From Candidatus Latescibacterota bacterium (GTDB taxonomy: Bacteria; Latescibacterota; UBA2968; UBA8231), in contig CBDCDC010000002.1 of the NCBI GenBank assembly GCA_965215195.1, positions 1,216,001 through 1,280,000 of the forward strand: 64,000 nucleotides of DNA. Reading direction: 5' to 3'. The position numbers and the translations under genes are program-made. Shown in pieces: positions 39,856 through 50,316 of the stretch. The notes beneath the pieces were generated by a model. The model had not been told where the DNA came from and ran no database searches. It saw only the letters and a list, made by a program, of their open reading frames with translations. Position 1 is the first letter of the stretch; the number at the start of each line of letters is the position of its first letter.

Positions 39856-41030
39856 ATGAACAAGCTAAAGCATTTTATCGTGGTAGCCGGCCCTATGGTG
39901 CTGTTGGCTGGGTGCGGTGAGGACCAACTCGAAAACCGGGTGGAGATTACCCCCCGGCGGCTGACTTGGCATTCGACGAGGCAGTCATCAAGGACCGGGA
40001 CATCTACTTCCAAATGCCCGAAGACGTCGCTTTGGGGACGATCAGCTATACATTGGTAGATGCCAAGGGGGACCTCATCGTTGTGGACTCTGTTCAGTGG
40101 ACGATTTTCCAGATCAATGCGGAGGGCCAATACTTGCGGCAGATCGGCATGCGGGGAGGAGCCGAAGGCGAGTACTTTTATGTCCTCAAGATGCTACTGG
40201 CCCCCAATGACGATCTCTATATACACTGCATCGGAGAAAGCGCGAAGTATCTAGTCTTTGCCGGGGACTCATATAAGTTCAAGCGGGAGGTGCCCGACCC
40301 TAACTCCGCGCTCATTGATCATGTTGTGATTACCGAGGGAGGCAATATGTACGCCTCGCAAGTGGACGTCATTGATGGAGGCTCTGCCGGGGTGCAAGAG
40401 GATGGAGCACACGCTCTATTCCGCTTTGACGACCACTTCAATAAGGTCGCTAGCCTGTATCCGGTCGAAGACAAGCGAACAGGACGGACGTTGAACCGCT
40501 ACCACAACACAATTCTCACTCCTAGGACGGGGGGTGGCTTCTACTTCATGTATCCCACCGCCTACGATATCCATCAGTACAGCGAGCAGGGTGAGTTGGA
40601 ACAGACCCTATTTAGTACCTATTGGTCTAAGCACCGAAACGGGATCAATCCCTTGCCCGCCAGCTTGGATCCGCTCGCTTGGACTCCCAAGCACGCGGAG
40701 TGGCTTGCCGAGTACATCTTCCCTGTCCAACTTTTTGAATGTGATCCCGACTTGCTGGTACTCATGCAAGTAAGGAAGGAGGTCGACGGCGAAGTGAAAC
40801 GCTATATGAACCTCCTGTACAAGGACGGCCATTCGGTAGCCGACGGCATTAGAGTCCCCGCAAATCATAGGCTCCTGACGGTTGACGGCCGTGAGTTGTA
40901 TTTCGTGGTAGAGGGCGCGTTCGACGAGGAGACCGGCGAGGTGGGCGATCCGCATGTGGCCGTCTATCGGTTCAATGATCGCGCAGGGGCCGGCAAGTTA
41001 GCGTTCAGCCGCTCGCGGGGCGGCCAGTAG
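39856..41030 (+). pseudogene. 6-bladed beta-propeller lipoprotein 1, -1 frameshift in C6 tract (39950-39955)
   Basis: Lipobox LLAGC in 39856 frame; body continues in 39966 frame; a C7 tract restores ITPPAADLAFDE as in paralogs. Confidence 0.85.
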
Positions 41031-41046
41031 AGGAAGGGACATCACC

Positions 41047-41682
41047 ATGAATTCGCTAGCCAAAGCACTCCTGCTATTGTCCCTCGGACTCGGCTCGGTC
41101 GCCTTGGCTCTGCACCAAGACAACACCGACAGACGCGACGAGTTGGAGGCCCTTAATGAGCACCTAAAAGATTTAAAGACAGTCCAGTGGAAATACGAGG
41201 TCAACGCCGTCCTGAAGAGTAAACTACACCGCAAACTGATTGAATCGATGGAATTCGGCCGATTCACCAAATTCGACGAGTCGGCCGTTAGGGCCGACAA
41301 GCCGTTTGTCGTCGTCGTATCGACGAGCCGGACATGTGGAGCGTGCCTGTTTGCCCAACTCGACCAGTGGAAGGAGGCTATGACTCAAAGGAATGTCTCT
41401 TACGGCAAGTTGCTGCTGATCGTAGGCGACGCCAACGAGCGCATTAAGCAACAGATTGCCATAAAGCACAAGGTGGGCATCGTGCCCTTCGCCTTCACTT
41501 TCATGGCCGAGCGGGATCTTGAAGAGTTGATTTTCCAGTCGGACGACCGGTCAGCGGTGCCCGTCTCGTTTGTCGTGGACGAAGCCTTCCGTGTCCTCAA
41601 CTGGCACTATAGCGACAAAGGGGACGAAAAAGCTACGGCGCAGTGCATCCAAGACTGGCTGGACCGCTATTTCACCTCTTAA
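41047..41682 (+). CDS. Exported thioredoxin-fold (CGAC) protein, copy 1
   Basis: N-terminal hydrophobic segment, coiled coil, VVVVSTSRTCGAC, VPVSFVVD (cis-Pro loop-like). Confidence 0.75.
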   Translation: MNSLAKALLLLSLGLGSVALALHQDNTDRRDELEALNEHLKDLKTVQWKYEVNAVLKSKLHRKLIESMEFGRFTKFDESAVRADKPFVVVVSTSRTCGACLFAQLDQWKEAMTQRNVSYGKLLLIVGDANERIKQQIAIKHKVGIVPFAFTFMAERDLEELIFQSDDRSAVPVSFVVDEAFRVLNWHYSDKGDEKATAQCIQDWLDRYFTS

Positions 41683-41709
41683 ACCGCGAAGGCGACCGGG
41701 CATCTCAGT

Positions 41710-42400
41710 GGTCTTTCAATTAAATTTTTTGATTTAATCGCCTCGTTGGTCGTAAGGTGAGATTATCTCAGTCCAGTTACCAGTGCTGGCCTTGTGCCCT
41801 TTATTTATCTCTCCCAACCACCAAGTAAGGAGGGATAAAGATGAAAGAGCCAAGACCAGCGTTGGAGAATTTGTGTTGTCTCAATGCCCAATGCAAGGCT
41901 TACGGCCAACGCGGCCAAGCCAACCTGACGGTGCATAAGACCTATGGAGCCGACCGGATTCGTTATCTACGCTGTCAGCGCTGCGGGGATGAATTCAGCG
42001 AGCGAAAAGGCACGGCGTTGTTTAATTGCAAAATCCGGGAAGCGCAAGCCGTCTCGGTGATTGAGCGTCTAGATCGGGCCTGTGGCTTGAATGCCACGGC
42101 GGCCTTGGTCGGGGTATCCAAAGATGCGGTTCGCCACCTGCTTCGCGTGAGCGGACCGGTCAGCTGTCAACTGCATGACTGTCTGGTGCGTGCCTTGCAT
42201 CCGATGGCGCTCCAATTTGATGAGAAATGGGCCTATGTGGCGAAAAAACAACGACACTTGACCCCCATGGACGATCCGAGTGAACGGGGTGATTCTTAGG
42301 ATGCCAACAGTTTGGATCCGCAGAGCAAATTGCTGGTGTCGCTGGTGCCCGGTCGCCGTACGAGCACGACCCTTCATCAAGTGGTGGCGGATGCGGCGGA
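41710..42400 (+). mobile_element. IS1-family transposase remnant
   Basis: Zn-ribbon CLNAQC..RYLRCQRCG..FSE, HTH, LQFDEKWAYV; in-frame TAG at 42297; truncated at about 42400. Confidence 0.8.
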
Positions 42401-42473
42401 ACTCCGATTTCTTGTAACTCTTTGTTTATCAGTAAGTTATGATTTTGTAGATCAGTTTGGCACGGAATGTGCT
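42401..42473 (+). promoter_or_regulatory. sigma54 promoter module 4 (enhancer sites lost)
   Basis: TATCAGTAAGTTA IHF-like site and TGGCACGGAATGTGCT at 42458-42473; upstream part replaced by IS1 remnant. Confidence 0.8.
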
Positions 42474-42889
42474 ATTGCTATAGTGAGCACGAAAGTCAGC
42501 CGTTGTTGGCCCCACCCGCTACGGCGCAGAGGCCGACGGGCAGGCTTTCCATCCACCCAATAAGAGGAGGTGAAAATGAACCGCGTTATCAACATCCGCT
42601 CTCGCCTGCTTGGAGAACAGCTCGCTTTCGTGCCGCGCTGGTAGAGCCACCGTCCAGGTCGAGAAGACCTGTAGCCATGACCCTGCACTCACTCGTGTGC
42701 ATCAAGCCACGACCCGGCCCTCGAAGCCGCGCAGGCATTTGCCGCTGTCGGCTGCTGTTCCTTCTCGCGCCATGACACCGCCTTTACCGGCACCACTTAG
42801 GGCTATCCGTCAGGAGGCCCTGTCGCGACGCCTTTGGCGTCACCCTTTGGTTCGATTGAACCAGTCACTTACTACCAAGGAGCCTACGC

Positions 42890-43030
42890 ATGATCGCTCT
42901 GCACAAACCCGAACGCGCCACCTACGGCCAAGCCGTCGAGGCCCAGCACAACGAATACAACGTGGTCAGGTGCGACCATACGGGCGTCGTCTGCTTGGGG
43001 AACTCAGGCAGCTATCGCTGCTGCATTTAA
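42890..43030 (+). CDS. Cys-rich precursor peptide 2: MIALHKPERATYGQAVEAQ-HNEYNVVRCDHTGVVCLGNSGSYRCCI (46 aa)
   Basis: Hand translation; AAGGAG RBS. Confidence 0.88.
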   Translation: MIALHKPERATYGQAVEAQHNEYNVVRCDHTGVVCLGNSGSYRCCI

Positions 43031-43276
43031 GGACGCCCTTCTGCGGCAGCCTCGGCTGACATCGGTTCGACAGCACCCTACTTGAGGGGTTACTGAAAAA
43101 TCAGTCAGCCATTGATCGGCGAGTGGACCATGGGTTCCATTGACCCCGGTCCACTCCGCCGGTCTTCGGGTGCTGAACGGTTGAAGATAGTTCCAGTAGC
43201 TACTCCTTGATGCACGGCCACATCCAGTCCGTGAATCTGCCAAGATGCAACCCCAACTCTCCACAAGGAGGATGTT

Positions 43277-44386
43277 ATGAAAAATTTGCTGCTGTTCATC
43301 GTGGTTTTCGGCCCTGTGGTGCTGTTGGCCGGGTGCGGCGATGATCCACCTAAACGCCGAGTGGAGATCACCCCTCCGGTGGCCGAACTCACGTTCGACG
43401 AGGCGTTAGTCAAGGATAGGGAAATCCACTTCCAAATGCCCGAGGGTATCGTTTTGGGCACGATCGGGGACCTCGTGGTCGATTCCAAGGGCAACCTCAT
43501 CATCTTAGATTTTGCCCAAGGGACGGTTTTCCTAGCCGATGCCGAAGGCAACTATCTGCGGCAGATCGGAGCGCGGGGAGGGGCTGAGGGCGAGTACCTT
43601 TCTATTATCGAGGTACTGCTAGCCCCAAATGACGATCTCTATACTTGGAGTATGGGAGAAGGCCTCAAGTACATGGTCTTTTCCGGCGGCTCTTATGAGT
43701 TTAAGAGAGAGGTTCCAGATCCTAATTCCCAGTACATCGATCATCTCGTGGTCTCCGCCGGCGGCCACATTTATGCCTCGCAAGTGGATTTGCGAATGGA
43801 CGGTATCCACGCCCTGTTCCGCTTTGACGACCACTTCAAGGTGATCGGCAACCTGTATCCGGTCGAAGACCAAAGGACCGCGACGGCCCTGCACCGCTTC
43901 CACAACACCATCCTCACCCCCAAGACCGGCGGTGGCTTCTACTTCATGTATCCGACCACCTACGAGATTCACCAGTACAGCGAGCAGGGCGAGTTGGAAC
44001 AGACCCTGTTTAGCACCTACCAGTCCAAGCACCGGGACGGCATCAAGCCCTTTCCCGCCGACTTAGACCCGTATGGTTGGAACCCCAAAATCGAGGCGTG
44101 GTTCGCGGAGCACATTGTCCGTCACCGACTTTTCGAATGCGGTTCCGACTTGCTGGTACTTGTGCAATACAGGCGGGAGGTTGGCAACAAGTACGAGTAC
44201 TATCTAAACTTCTTGTACAAGGACGGCCATTCGGTGGCCGATGGGATTCGTGTGCCCGCCAAGCACATACCGCTGACGGTCAACGGCTCTGAGTTGTACT
44301 TTGTGGTTGAGAGTGAGTTCAATGAAGCGACGGGCGAGGCGGACGATCCGCACATAGCCGTCTATCGGCTCAAGTCGGCTAGGTAG
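43277..44386 (+). CDS. 6-bladed beta-propeller lipoprotein 2
   Basis: AAGGAGG RBS, lipobox LLAGC, NHL-like VDSKGNLIILD and YLRQIGARGGAEGEY. Confidence 0.88.
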   Translation: MKNLLLFIVVFGPVVLLAGCGDDPPKRRVEITPPVAELTFDEALVKDREIHFQMPEGIVLGTIGDLVVDSKGNLIILDFAQGTVFLADAEGNYLRQIGARGGAEGEYLSIIEVLLAPNDDLYTWSMGEGLKYMVFSGGSYEFKREVPDPNSQYIDHLVVSAGGHIYASQVDLRMDGIHALFRFDDHFKVIGNLYPVEDQRTATALHRFHNTILTPKTGGGFYFMYPTTYEIHQYSEQGELEQTLFSTYQSKHRDGIKPFPADLDPYGWNPKIEAWFAEHIVRHRLFECGSDLLVLVQYRREVGNKYEYYLNFLYKDGHSVADGIRVPAKHIPLTVNGSELYFVVESEFNEATGEADDPHIAVYRLKSAR

Positions 44387-44511
44387 CGTTTAGCCGTTCA
44401 CAGAGCGGCTAGTAGAAAAAGTTCGTAGGACGAAGCCTTCCATTAGGTTGGGAGACGAAATCACATGCTATATCTCAAGCTGCCGAAAGGCAGTTCACTA
44501 AGGAGGATACG

Positions 44512-45498
44512 ATGAACAAACGGATGCTTTTTATCGCAATGGCTGGCATAGGGCTGCTTGGGGTTGACCCGGCCAACGCCGAGGCCGCAGCGGAACGAGG
44601 GGCCGACGAGCGCTTCACCGGCAAGGAGCAGGTCGTTGCGCTGCCGGGCGGTACCCAGATGACGTTTGTGTGGATTGAGCCGGGGACGTTTCAGATGGGA
44701 GCGCAGCTTCCAGAAGACGAGTCGCTGAAAGAGTTAGAAAGAACCGTGCGTTACGTTGGTTCCCTGCCGGTGCATGAGGTGGAGATTAGTGCGGGGTTCT
44801 GGTTGAGTAAGTATGTGGTTACGCAGGAGCAGTGGGAAGCAATAATGGGAACCACGCCTTGGCGCGACGAAGACAACATCGACCGAGAGTTGGTGCAGTC
44901 GAATCCGGCGCATCCGGCCGTGTATATTTCTTGGCACGACGCCCAAGCGTTGATACACCAGCTCAATAGCGCCGCCGGGGAGGACGTGTATCGGTTGCCG
45001 ACCGAGGCCGAGTGGGAGTATGCCTGCCGGGCAGGCACTTCGACCCTGTGGTCGTTTGGCAACGAAGAGGGCGCGTTCTCTACCTTGTGGACGTATCACG
45101 CGGATAAGGGTTCGCTCGCCCACTATGCGTGGTATCGGAACAATACGTTGGGTAGGAATGAGGAGTATGCTCATGCGGTGGGACAGCATCGTCCGAATGC
45201 GTGGGGCTTACATGATATGCACGGCAATGTGTGGGAGTGGGTACAGGACTGGTATGACATCGACTATTACAAGCATTCGCCGCGGGTGGATCCTTTAGGC
45301 CCTCCATCCGGCTCTTTAGGCTCTGGTCCTAACTCTTTACGCTCTAAGATGAGGGACGACGCTACCGACTCTTTACGCGTCATGCGGGGGGGGGACTTTA
45401 TCACCCCTGTCATATACACACAATCGGCGTACCGCATATTCAAAGAGCCTTACGAAGGTTACGCTACTATTAGTGTACGCCTTTTGAAGATGCGTTGA
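44512..45498 (+). CDS. FGE-sulfatase (SUMF1) domain protein, secreted
   Basis: Signal peptide; PGTFQMG, YRLPTEAEWEYACRAG, PNAWGLHDMHGNVWEW, RVMRGG. Confidence 0.92.
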   Translation: MNKRMLFIAMAGIGLLGVDPANAEAAAERGADERFTGKEQVVALPGGTQMTFVWIEPGTFQMGAQLPEDESLKELERTVRYVGSLPVHEVEISAGFWLSKYVVTQEQWEAIMGTTPWRDEDNIDRELVQSNPAHPAVYISWHDAQALIHQLNSAAGEDVYRLPTEAEWEYACRAGTSTLWSFGNEEGAFSTLWTYHADKGSLAHYAWYRNNTLGRNEEYAHAVGQHRPNAWGLHDMHGNVWEWVQDWYDIDYYKHSPRVDPLGPPSGSLGSGPNSLRSKMRDDATDSLRVMRGGDFITPVIYTQSAYRIFKEPYEGYATISVRLLKMR

Positions 45499-45557
45499 CC
45501 TTTGTGCTTGTTACAAATTTCATCTCGGTCGTCGGCACTATGCGACCGAATCCACGT

Positions 45558-45634
45558 GCGACGAGGCGTTCGTTGAGGATTGGGACATCCACTTTCAAAT
45601 GCCCAAAGACGTCGGTCGGCAAGAGAGCGTTTAG
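45558..45634 (+). pseudogene. Internally deleted beta-propeller remnant
   Basis: DEAFVEDWDIHFQMPKDV (N-terminal part) joined directly to GKRAFSRL* (C-terminus). Confidence 0.7.
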
Positions 45635-45670
45635 CCGATTGTAGGGCTCGCAGAGAAGGAGATCATTGCC

Positions 45671-46306
45671 ATGAATTCGCTAGCAAAAGCGCTTCTGGTG
45701 CTGTCTTTCGGCCTCGGCTCGGTCGCCTTAGCCCTGCACCAAGACAACGTCGACAGACGCGACGAGTTGGAGACCCTCAACGAGCGGCTGGAACACTTGG
45801 AGACCGTCCAATGGAACTACGAGGTCAATGCCGCCCTCAAGGAGAAGCTACACCGCAAGCTGATCGAATCGGTGGACTTGGGCCGATTCGCCAAGTTCGA
45901 CGAGTCAGCCGCCGGGGATGGCCAGCCGTTTGTCGTCGTCGTATCGACGAGCCGGACATGTGGAGCATGCCTGTTTACCCAACTCGCTCAGTGGAGGCAG
46001 GCGATGGCGCACAGGGGCATCTCCCACGGCAAGCTACTGCTGGTCGTAGGCGACGCCAACGAGCACATCAAGCACCAAATCGCCATAAAGAGCAAAGTGG
46101 ACATCGTGCCGTTTGCCTTCACCTTCGTGGCCGAGCGAGAGCTCCAAGCACTGCTGTTTCAGTCCGAGGCCCGGTCGTCGGTGCCGGTCTCGTTTGTCGT
46201 GGACGACGCCTTTCATGTCCTCAACTGGCACTATAGCGACAAAGGAGACGAAGAAGCGACAGAGCAATGTATCCAAGATTGGCTGGAACAGTACTTCACT
46301 TCGTAA
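45671..46306 (+). CDS. Exported thioredoxin-fold (CGAC) protein, copy 2
   Basis: Close paralog of 41047-41682. Confidence 0.75.
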   Translation: MNSLAKALLVLSFGLGSVALALHQDNVDRRDELETLNERLEHLETVQWNYEVNAALKEKLHRKLIESVDLGRFAKFDESAAGDGQPFVVVVSTSRTCGACLFTQLAQWRQAMAHRGISHGKLLLVVGDANEHIKHQIAIKSKVDIVPFAFTFVAERELQALLFQSEARSSVPVSFVVDDAFHVLNWHYSDKGDEEATEQCIQDWLEQYFTS

Positions 46307-46326
46307 ACGGCGATTCCGCGACGCCA

Positions 46327-48093
46327 TTAGTTTCCCGCTGCGTCGTCTTCTACGGCTTGGTAGGCGACCAGCTCCCAGCCGTGAAACACAACGGCCAAGC
46401 CAATATGCCGCACCGACGGGGAGCGGTGCGGCAAGGACGAATCCGCCAAGTAGCCGCGCACCTGAAGCACGGCCTCCTGCACCTTGTCCGCCACAACGGA
46501 TTCGTCGAGGGTTTCGCTTCGTTTCAGGTACTTCAATTCCAACACATAGCCGAACCGCACGTCAGGGTACTGGGCGACAAACGGCTCCAAGTACAAATCC
46601 GCGTACCCCTTGTTCAGTTCATACTCCGAGTGCAGTAGAAAGTGGTTCACCATACTCAAGTGGGCGGCGACAAAGCCGTGGATCACCTTCTCGCCATCCA
46701 TGTAGTCGCGGATGCCGGTTTGCTCGGCGAGGGCATCGCGCAAAAAATCGAGAGGCGGCTGCCAAGCGCCACCGTAGGCCATCTGGCGCATCAGGCGGGA
46801 GAAGGTGTACACATCGACGGAGAACACCCCCACATCGTCGTAGGCATCGCGCAGGTAGCCGTACATCAGCCGCTTGACCGTTTGATTGGGAATGCCCAGC
46901 CGAGGCACCCCGTGCGCCACGGCGCGAATGCTGAGCAGGCCGAAGTAATACAGCAGGGACAGGAAGTTTTCGCGTTGGTCTAACTGTTCTAAGGGAAAGC
47001 TGACTTGGATAGTGCTTTCGGCGGTCTGCTCGCCGATGATGTGGCGCAGCAGGTCGAAGTTGCCGTTGAATTGCCGGTTGACCGTCAGCAGGTGGCGCAG
47101 CTTGCCGTAGTCGATGCGCACGTTGGTGTCGATCAACTCCCGCGGTCCCCGTTTGTTTGGCACGGATTTGTGTAAAAAGTAGAGGACCATGTCCGTGTTG
47201 TAGAGGTCACCCTCGATCTCCTCGGCGAAGCGATAGCCGTTGTACCACTCGCGCATCACCTCCAGCGCGGCTTCGACATCCTGATTGAACACGCCGTAAT
47301 CACGGTATAGCTCCAGCACCTCTCGCACCTCGGCCTCGGTGAAGCCGAGCATGTCGTTGAACTCTGGTTCCAAGCTGATGTTGCTGCCGATGTTAAAGCC
47401 GCTGGTGACGTCGTCCATGGTGATCGGCGACACCCCGGTGATGAACAACCGCTCCAAGCCGCCGCCGCTCTGCTCCGCGCCGACCTTGAGCGTGGCGAAG
47501 AAATTGCGATAAAAGCCGCCGCCGTGGGTGAAGGACTGGTACGCGGCCTCGCCGTGATAAGCCAGCACGGTGTTGGCGAAGTTGTCGTACTCGTCGATGA
47601 GCACGCATAGCCGAATGCCGTGGTCGCCAGCGTACAGGAACAGCTCGTTGAGCTGCCCAGTGACCGAGTCCGACGCACGGATGTATCGCCTCGCGGCCTC
47701 GGGAAACAAATCCGCATTGCGCTCCAGCGCATACCGGACCACCAGTTGACAATACTCTTCAAAGTGATGTTCGAGGGTTTCCAGCGCGTTTTTGAACGCC
47801 GAAAAGTTGAAACGCAGGACGACGTAGCGATGGCGGTTTTCGGTCGGCTGCTGCCCCAAGTCCGTACCGCCGAAGACGGTCTCGAATTCGTCGGCGCGGT
47901 TGCGGTCGTAGTAGTTCTCTAGCAAGGACACCCAGCAGGTCTTGCCAAAGCGTCGGGGACGAATGAGAAAGACGTAGCGTTCGTCTTCTAAGGCGTGGAC
48001 GAAGCGGGTCTTATCGACGTAGAGGCGGTTTTCCAAGCGGATGGCCCGAAAATCAGCCCAACCGTAGGGAATGCGGGGGTAGGATGCGGCCAT
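46327..48093 (-). CDS. AAA-ATPase-like / PD-(D/E)XK nuclease protein, copy 2
   Basis: Same motifs as copy 1; AGGAG RBS before MAASYPRIPYG. Confidence 0.9.
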   Translation of the reverse strand: MAASYPRIPYGWADFRAIRLENRLYVDKTRFVHALEDERYVFLIRPRRFGKTCWVSLLENYYDRNRADEFETVFGGTDLGQQPTENRHRYVVLRFNFSAFKNALETLEHHFEEYCQLVVRYALERNADLFPEAARRYIRASDSVTGQLNELFLYAGDHGIRLCVLIDEYDNFANTVLAYHGEAAYQSFTHGGGFYRNFFATLKVGAEQSGGGLERLFITGVSPITMDDVTSGFNIGSNISLEPEFNDMLGFTEAEVREVLELYRDYGVFNQDVEAALEVMREWYNGYRFAEEIEGDLYNTDMVLYFLHKSVPNKRGPRELIDTNVRIDYGKLRHLLTVNRQFNGNFDLLRHIIGEQTAESTIQVSFPLEQLDQRENFLSLLYYFGLLSIRAVAHGVPRLGIPNQTVKRLMYGYLRDAYDDVGVFSVDVYTFSRLMRQMAYGGAWQPPLDFLRDALAEQTGIRDYMDGEKVIHGFVAAHLSMVNHFLLHSEYELNKGYADLYLEPFVAQYPDVRFGYVLELKYLKRSETLDESVVADKVQEAVLQVRGYLADSSLPHRSPSVRHIGLAVVFHGWELVAYQAVEDDAAGN

Positions 48094-48195
48094 GGCGACT
48101 CCTAAGACGAATGAACGAGACTGAGCGTAACGATTGAGCAAAACAAGCGCAACGTACGCACGATTGGCCACATCGGCGATTCCCTTTTAACGCAC

Positions 48196-48388
48196 TACGT
48201 CCCTTTTGACGCACTTGCTCTAAACTATTGTAAAAATTTGAATTAGGCATCAAATAGCTCATCAGGTGCGTCGAAAGGGTGCAAAGAAAGCGCGATTCGG
48301 CGTCTTGTATGAAATACTCCAATTTCTTGTAACTCTTTGTATAACAATCAATTACGGATTTTCGGATCAGTTTGGCACGGAATGTGCT
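48196..48388 (+). promoter_or_regulatory. sigma54 promoter module 5
   Basis: Two enhancer palindromes (48196, 48267); TGGCACGGAATGTGCT at 48373-48388. Confidence 0.88.
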
Positions 48389-48797
48389 TATATAGTAGGT
48401 GAGCACGAAAGTAAGCCGTTGTTGGTCTCAGACGCTACGGCGCAGAGGCCGACGGGCAGGCTTTCCATTCACCCCATAAGAGGAGGGAATAATGAACCGC
48501 TTTATCAACATCCGCTCTCGCCTGCTTGGAGAAGGTCGGCTTTCGTGCCGCGCTGGTAGAGCCACCGTCAAGGTCGAGAAGACCTGTAGCCATGACCCTG
48601 CACAAACCCGTGATCTACGGCTTGGCCATTGAAGCCGCGCAGGCATTTGCCGTTGTCGGCTGCTTTCCTTCTCGCGCTATGACGACACCTTTATCGTCAC
48701 TGCGTAGGACTATCCGTCAGGAAGTCCTTTCGAGACGCTCTTGGCGTCACCATTTGGTTCAATAGAACCAGTCACTTATTACTCAAGGAGTATATCC

Positions 48798-48938
48798 ATG
48801 ACCGCTCTGCACAAACCCGAACGCGCCACCTACGACCAAGCCGTTGAGGCCCAGCGGGAATTCAACAAGATCGAGATCATTGAGGATCCTCCTGGGCTTC
48901 ATTGCACTGGAATCGGCTCCCTCATCTGCTGCTGCTAA
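48798..48938 (+). CDS. Cys-rich precursor peptide 3: MTALHKPERATYDQAVEAQ-REFNKIEIIEDPPGLHCTGIGSLICCC (46 aa)
   Basis: AAGGAG RBS; C-terminal part of track ORF 48741-48938. Confidence 0.88.
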   Translation: MTALHKPERATYDQAVEAQREFNKIEIIEDPPGLHCTGIGSLICCC

Positions 48939-49099
48939 GGGGGCTCTGCTCTTCCCACTTGGTTCGATAGATCCGGACTCCTCACTTGAGGGGGTCTGAA
49001 CAATCGACCCAGCCGTAGATGAGACGAGTGGACCGAGGCCCATGGGCTTCGGTCCACTCCGTCGGACTTCAACGCCAACTCTCATCAGGAGGAATAGTT

Positions 49100-50281
49100 A
49101 TGAACAAGCGGACCCCTTTCATCGGGCTCGTCGGTGCCATGGTGCTGTTGGCCGGTTGCAGCGACGACCCACCCGCTGGCCCGCGTCGAGTGGAGATCGC
49201 CCCCCCAGCCGCCGACCTAACCTTCGACGAAGCCTTTGTCAAGGACCGGGACATCCACTTACACCTGCCGGAGGATGTCGCTTTAGGCGGGATTGGCTAC
49301 ACCTTGGTGGATGCCAAGGGCGATCTGATTGTTGGGGACCATATCCAAAAGACGGTTTTTCTCACCGATGCTGAAGGCCGTTACCTGCGGCAAATTGGAG
49401 CGCGGGGGGGAGGCGAAGGCGAGTACTTTTATATCGGGAGGCCGCGGTTAGCCCCCAACGGCGATCTCTATTTTCACAGCTTTGGAGCAAGCGATAAGTA
49501 CCTTTTCTTTGCGAGCGACTCCTATGCCTTTAAGCAGGAGGTGCCGGACCCGAACCCGCAACTGATTGACCAGATGGTGCTCACCGAAGGCGGCCATTGG
49601 TACGGCTCGCAGGTAGATGTCATAGATATAGGTGCTGTTGAGGTGCGAGAGGATGGCCAGTACGCGCTGTTCCGCTTCGACGACCACTTCAATAAAGTCG
49701 TTGACCTGTATCCGGTCGAAGACAAACGAACCGGGCGGGCGTTGAATCGCTACCACAACACCGTGCTCACACCCAAGCGGGGGGGCGGCTTCTACTTCAT
49801 CTATCCGACCACCTACGAAATCCACCAATACAGCGAGCAGGGCACGTTAGAACAGACTTGGTTCAGCGAGTACAAGTCCAAGCATCGGGATGGGATCAAG
49901 CCTTTCCCCGCCGACTTGAATCCGGTCAATTGGACCCCTCGGCACGGCGAGTGGTTTGCTGAGCACATTGTCCGTTCCCGCCTCTATGAATTCGGTCCCG
50001 ACCTGCTGGTGCTTACCCAATACCGGTCGGTGTTCAAGGGCAAGGTCCGCGGCAAGCCGGAATACTATTTGAACCTCTTTTACAAGGACGGCTATTCGGC
50101 CGCCGACGGCATTAGATTACCCGCAGATCATAGGATGCTGACGGTCGCCGGCACGGAGTGGTATTTCGCCATCGAGGGTGCGTTTGACGAGGCGACCGGC
50201 GAGACGAGCGATCCGCACATAGCCGTCTATCGGCTCAATGACCGCGAAGGGGCCGGCAAGAGAGCGTTCAGCCGCTCGTAG
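49100..50281 (+). CDS. 6-bladed beta-propeller lipoprotein 3
   Basis: AGGAGG RBS, lipobox LLAGC, paralog of 43277-44386. Confidence 0.88.
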   Translation: MNKRTPFIGLVGAMVLLAGCSDDPPAGPRRVEIAPPAADLTFDEAFVKDRDIHLHLPEDVALGGIGYTLVDAKGDLIVGDHIQKTVFLTDAEGRYLRQIGARGGGEGEYFYIGRPRLAPNGDLYFHSFGASDKYLFFASDSYAFKQEVPDPNPQLIDQMVLTEGGHWYGSQVDVIDIGAVEVREDGQYALFRFDDHFNKVVDLYPVEDKRTGRALNRYHNTVLTPKRGGGFYFIYPTTYEIHQYSEQGTLEQTWFSEYKSKHRDGIKPFPADLNPVNWTPRHGEWFAEHIVRSRLYEFGPDLLVLTQYRSVFKGKVRGKPEYYLNLFYKDGYSAADGIRLPADHRMLTVAGTEWYFAIEGAFDEATGETSDPHIAVYRLNDREGAGKRAFSRS

Positions 50282-50316
50282 GGCAGCCCGTAAAGAAGGA
50301 GAAAGAGACCATTGTC

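Noticed and set aside
33874-42299. Amber recoding suggested by in-frame TAGs in RND2 and the IS1 transposase
   Set aside because: TAG terminates priA, DUF4159, RND1, the S8 fusion and the SBP at expected positions; no pyl genes seen
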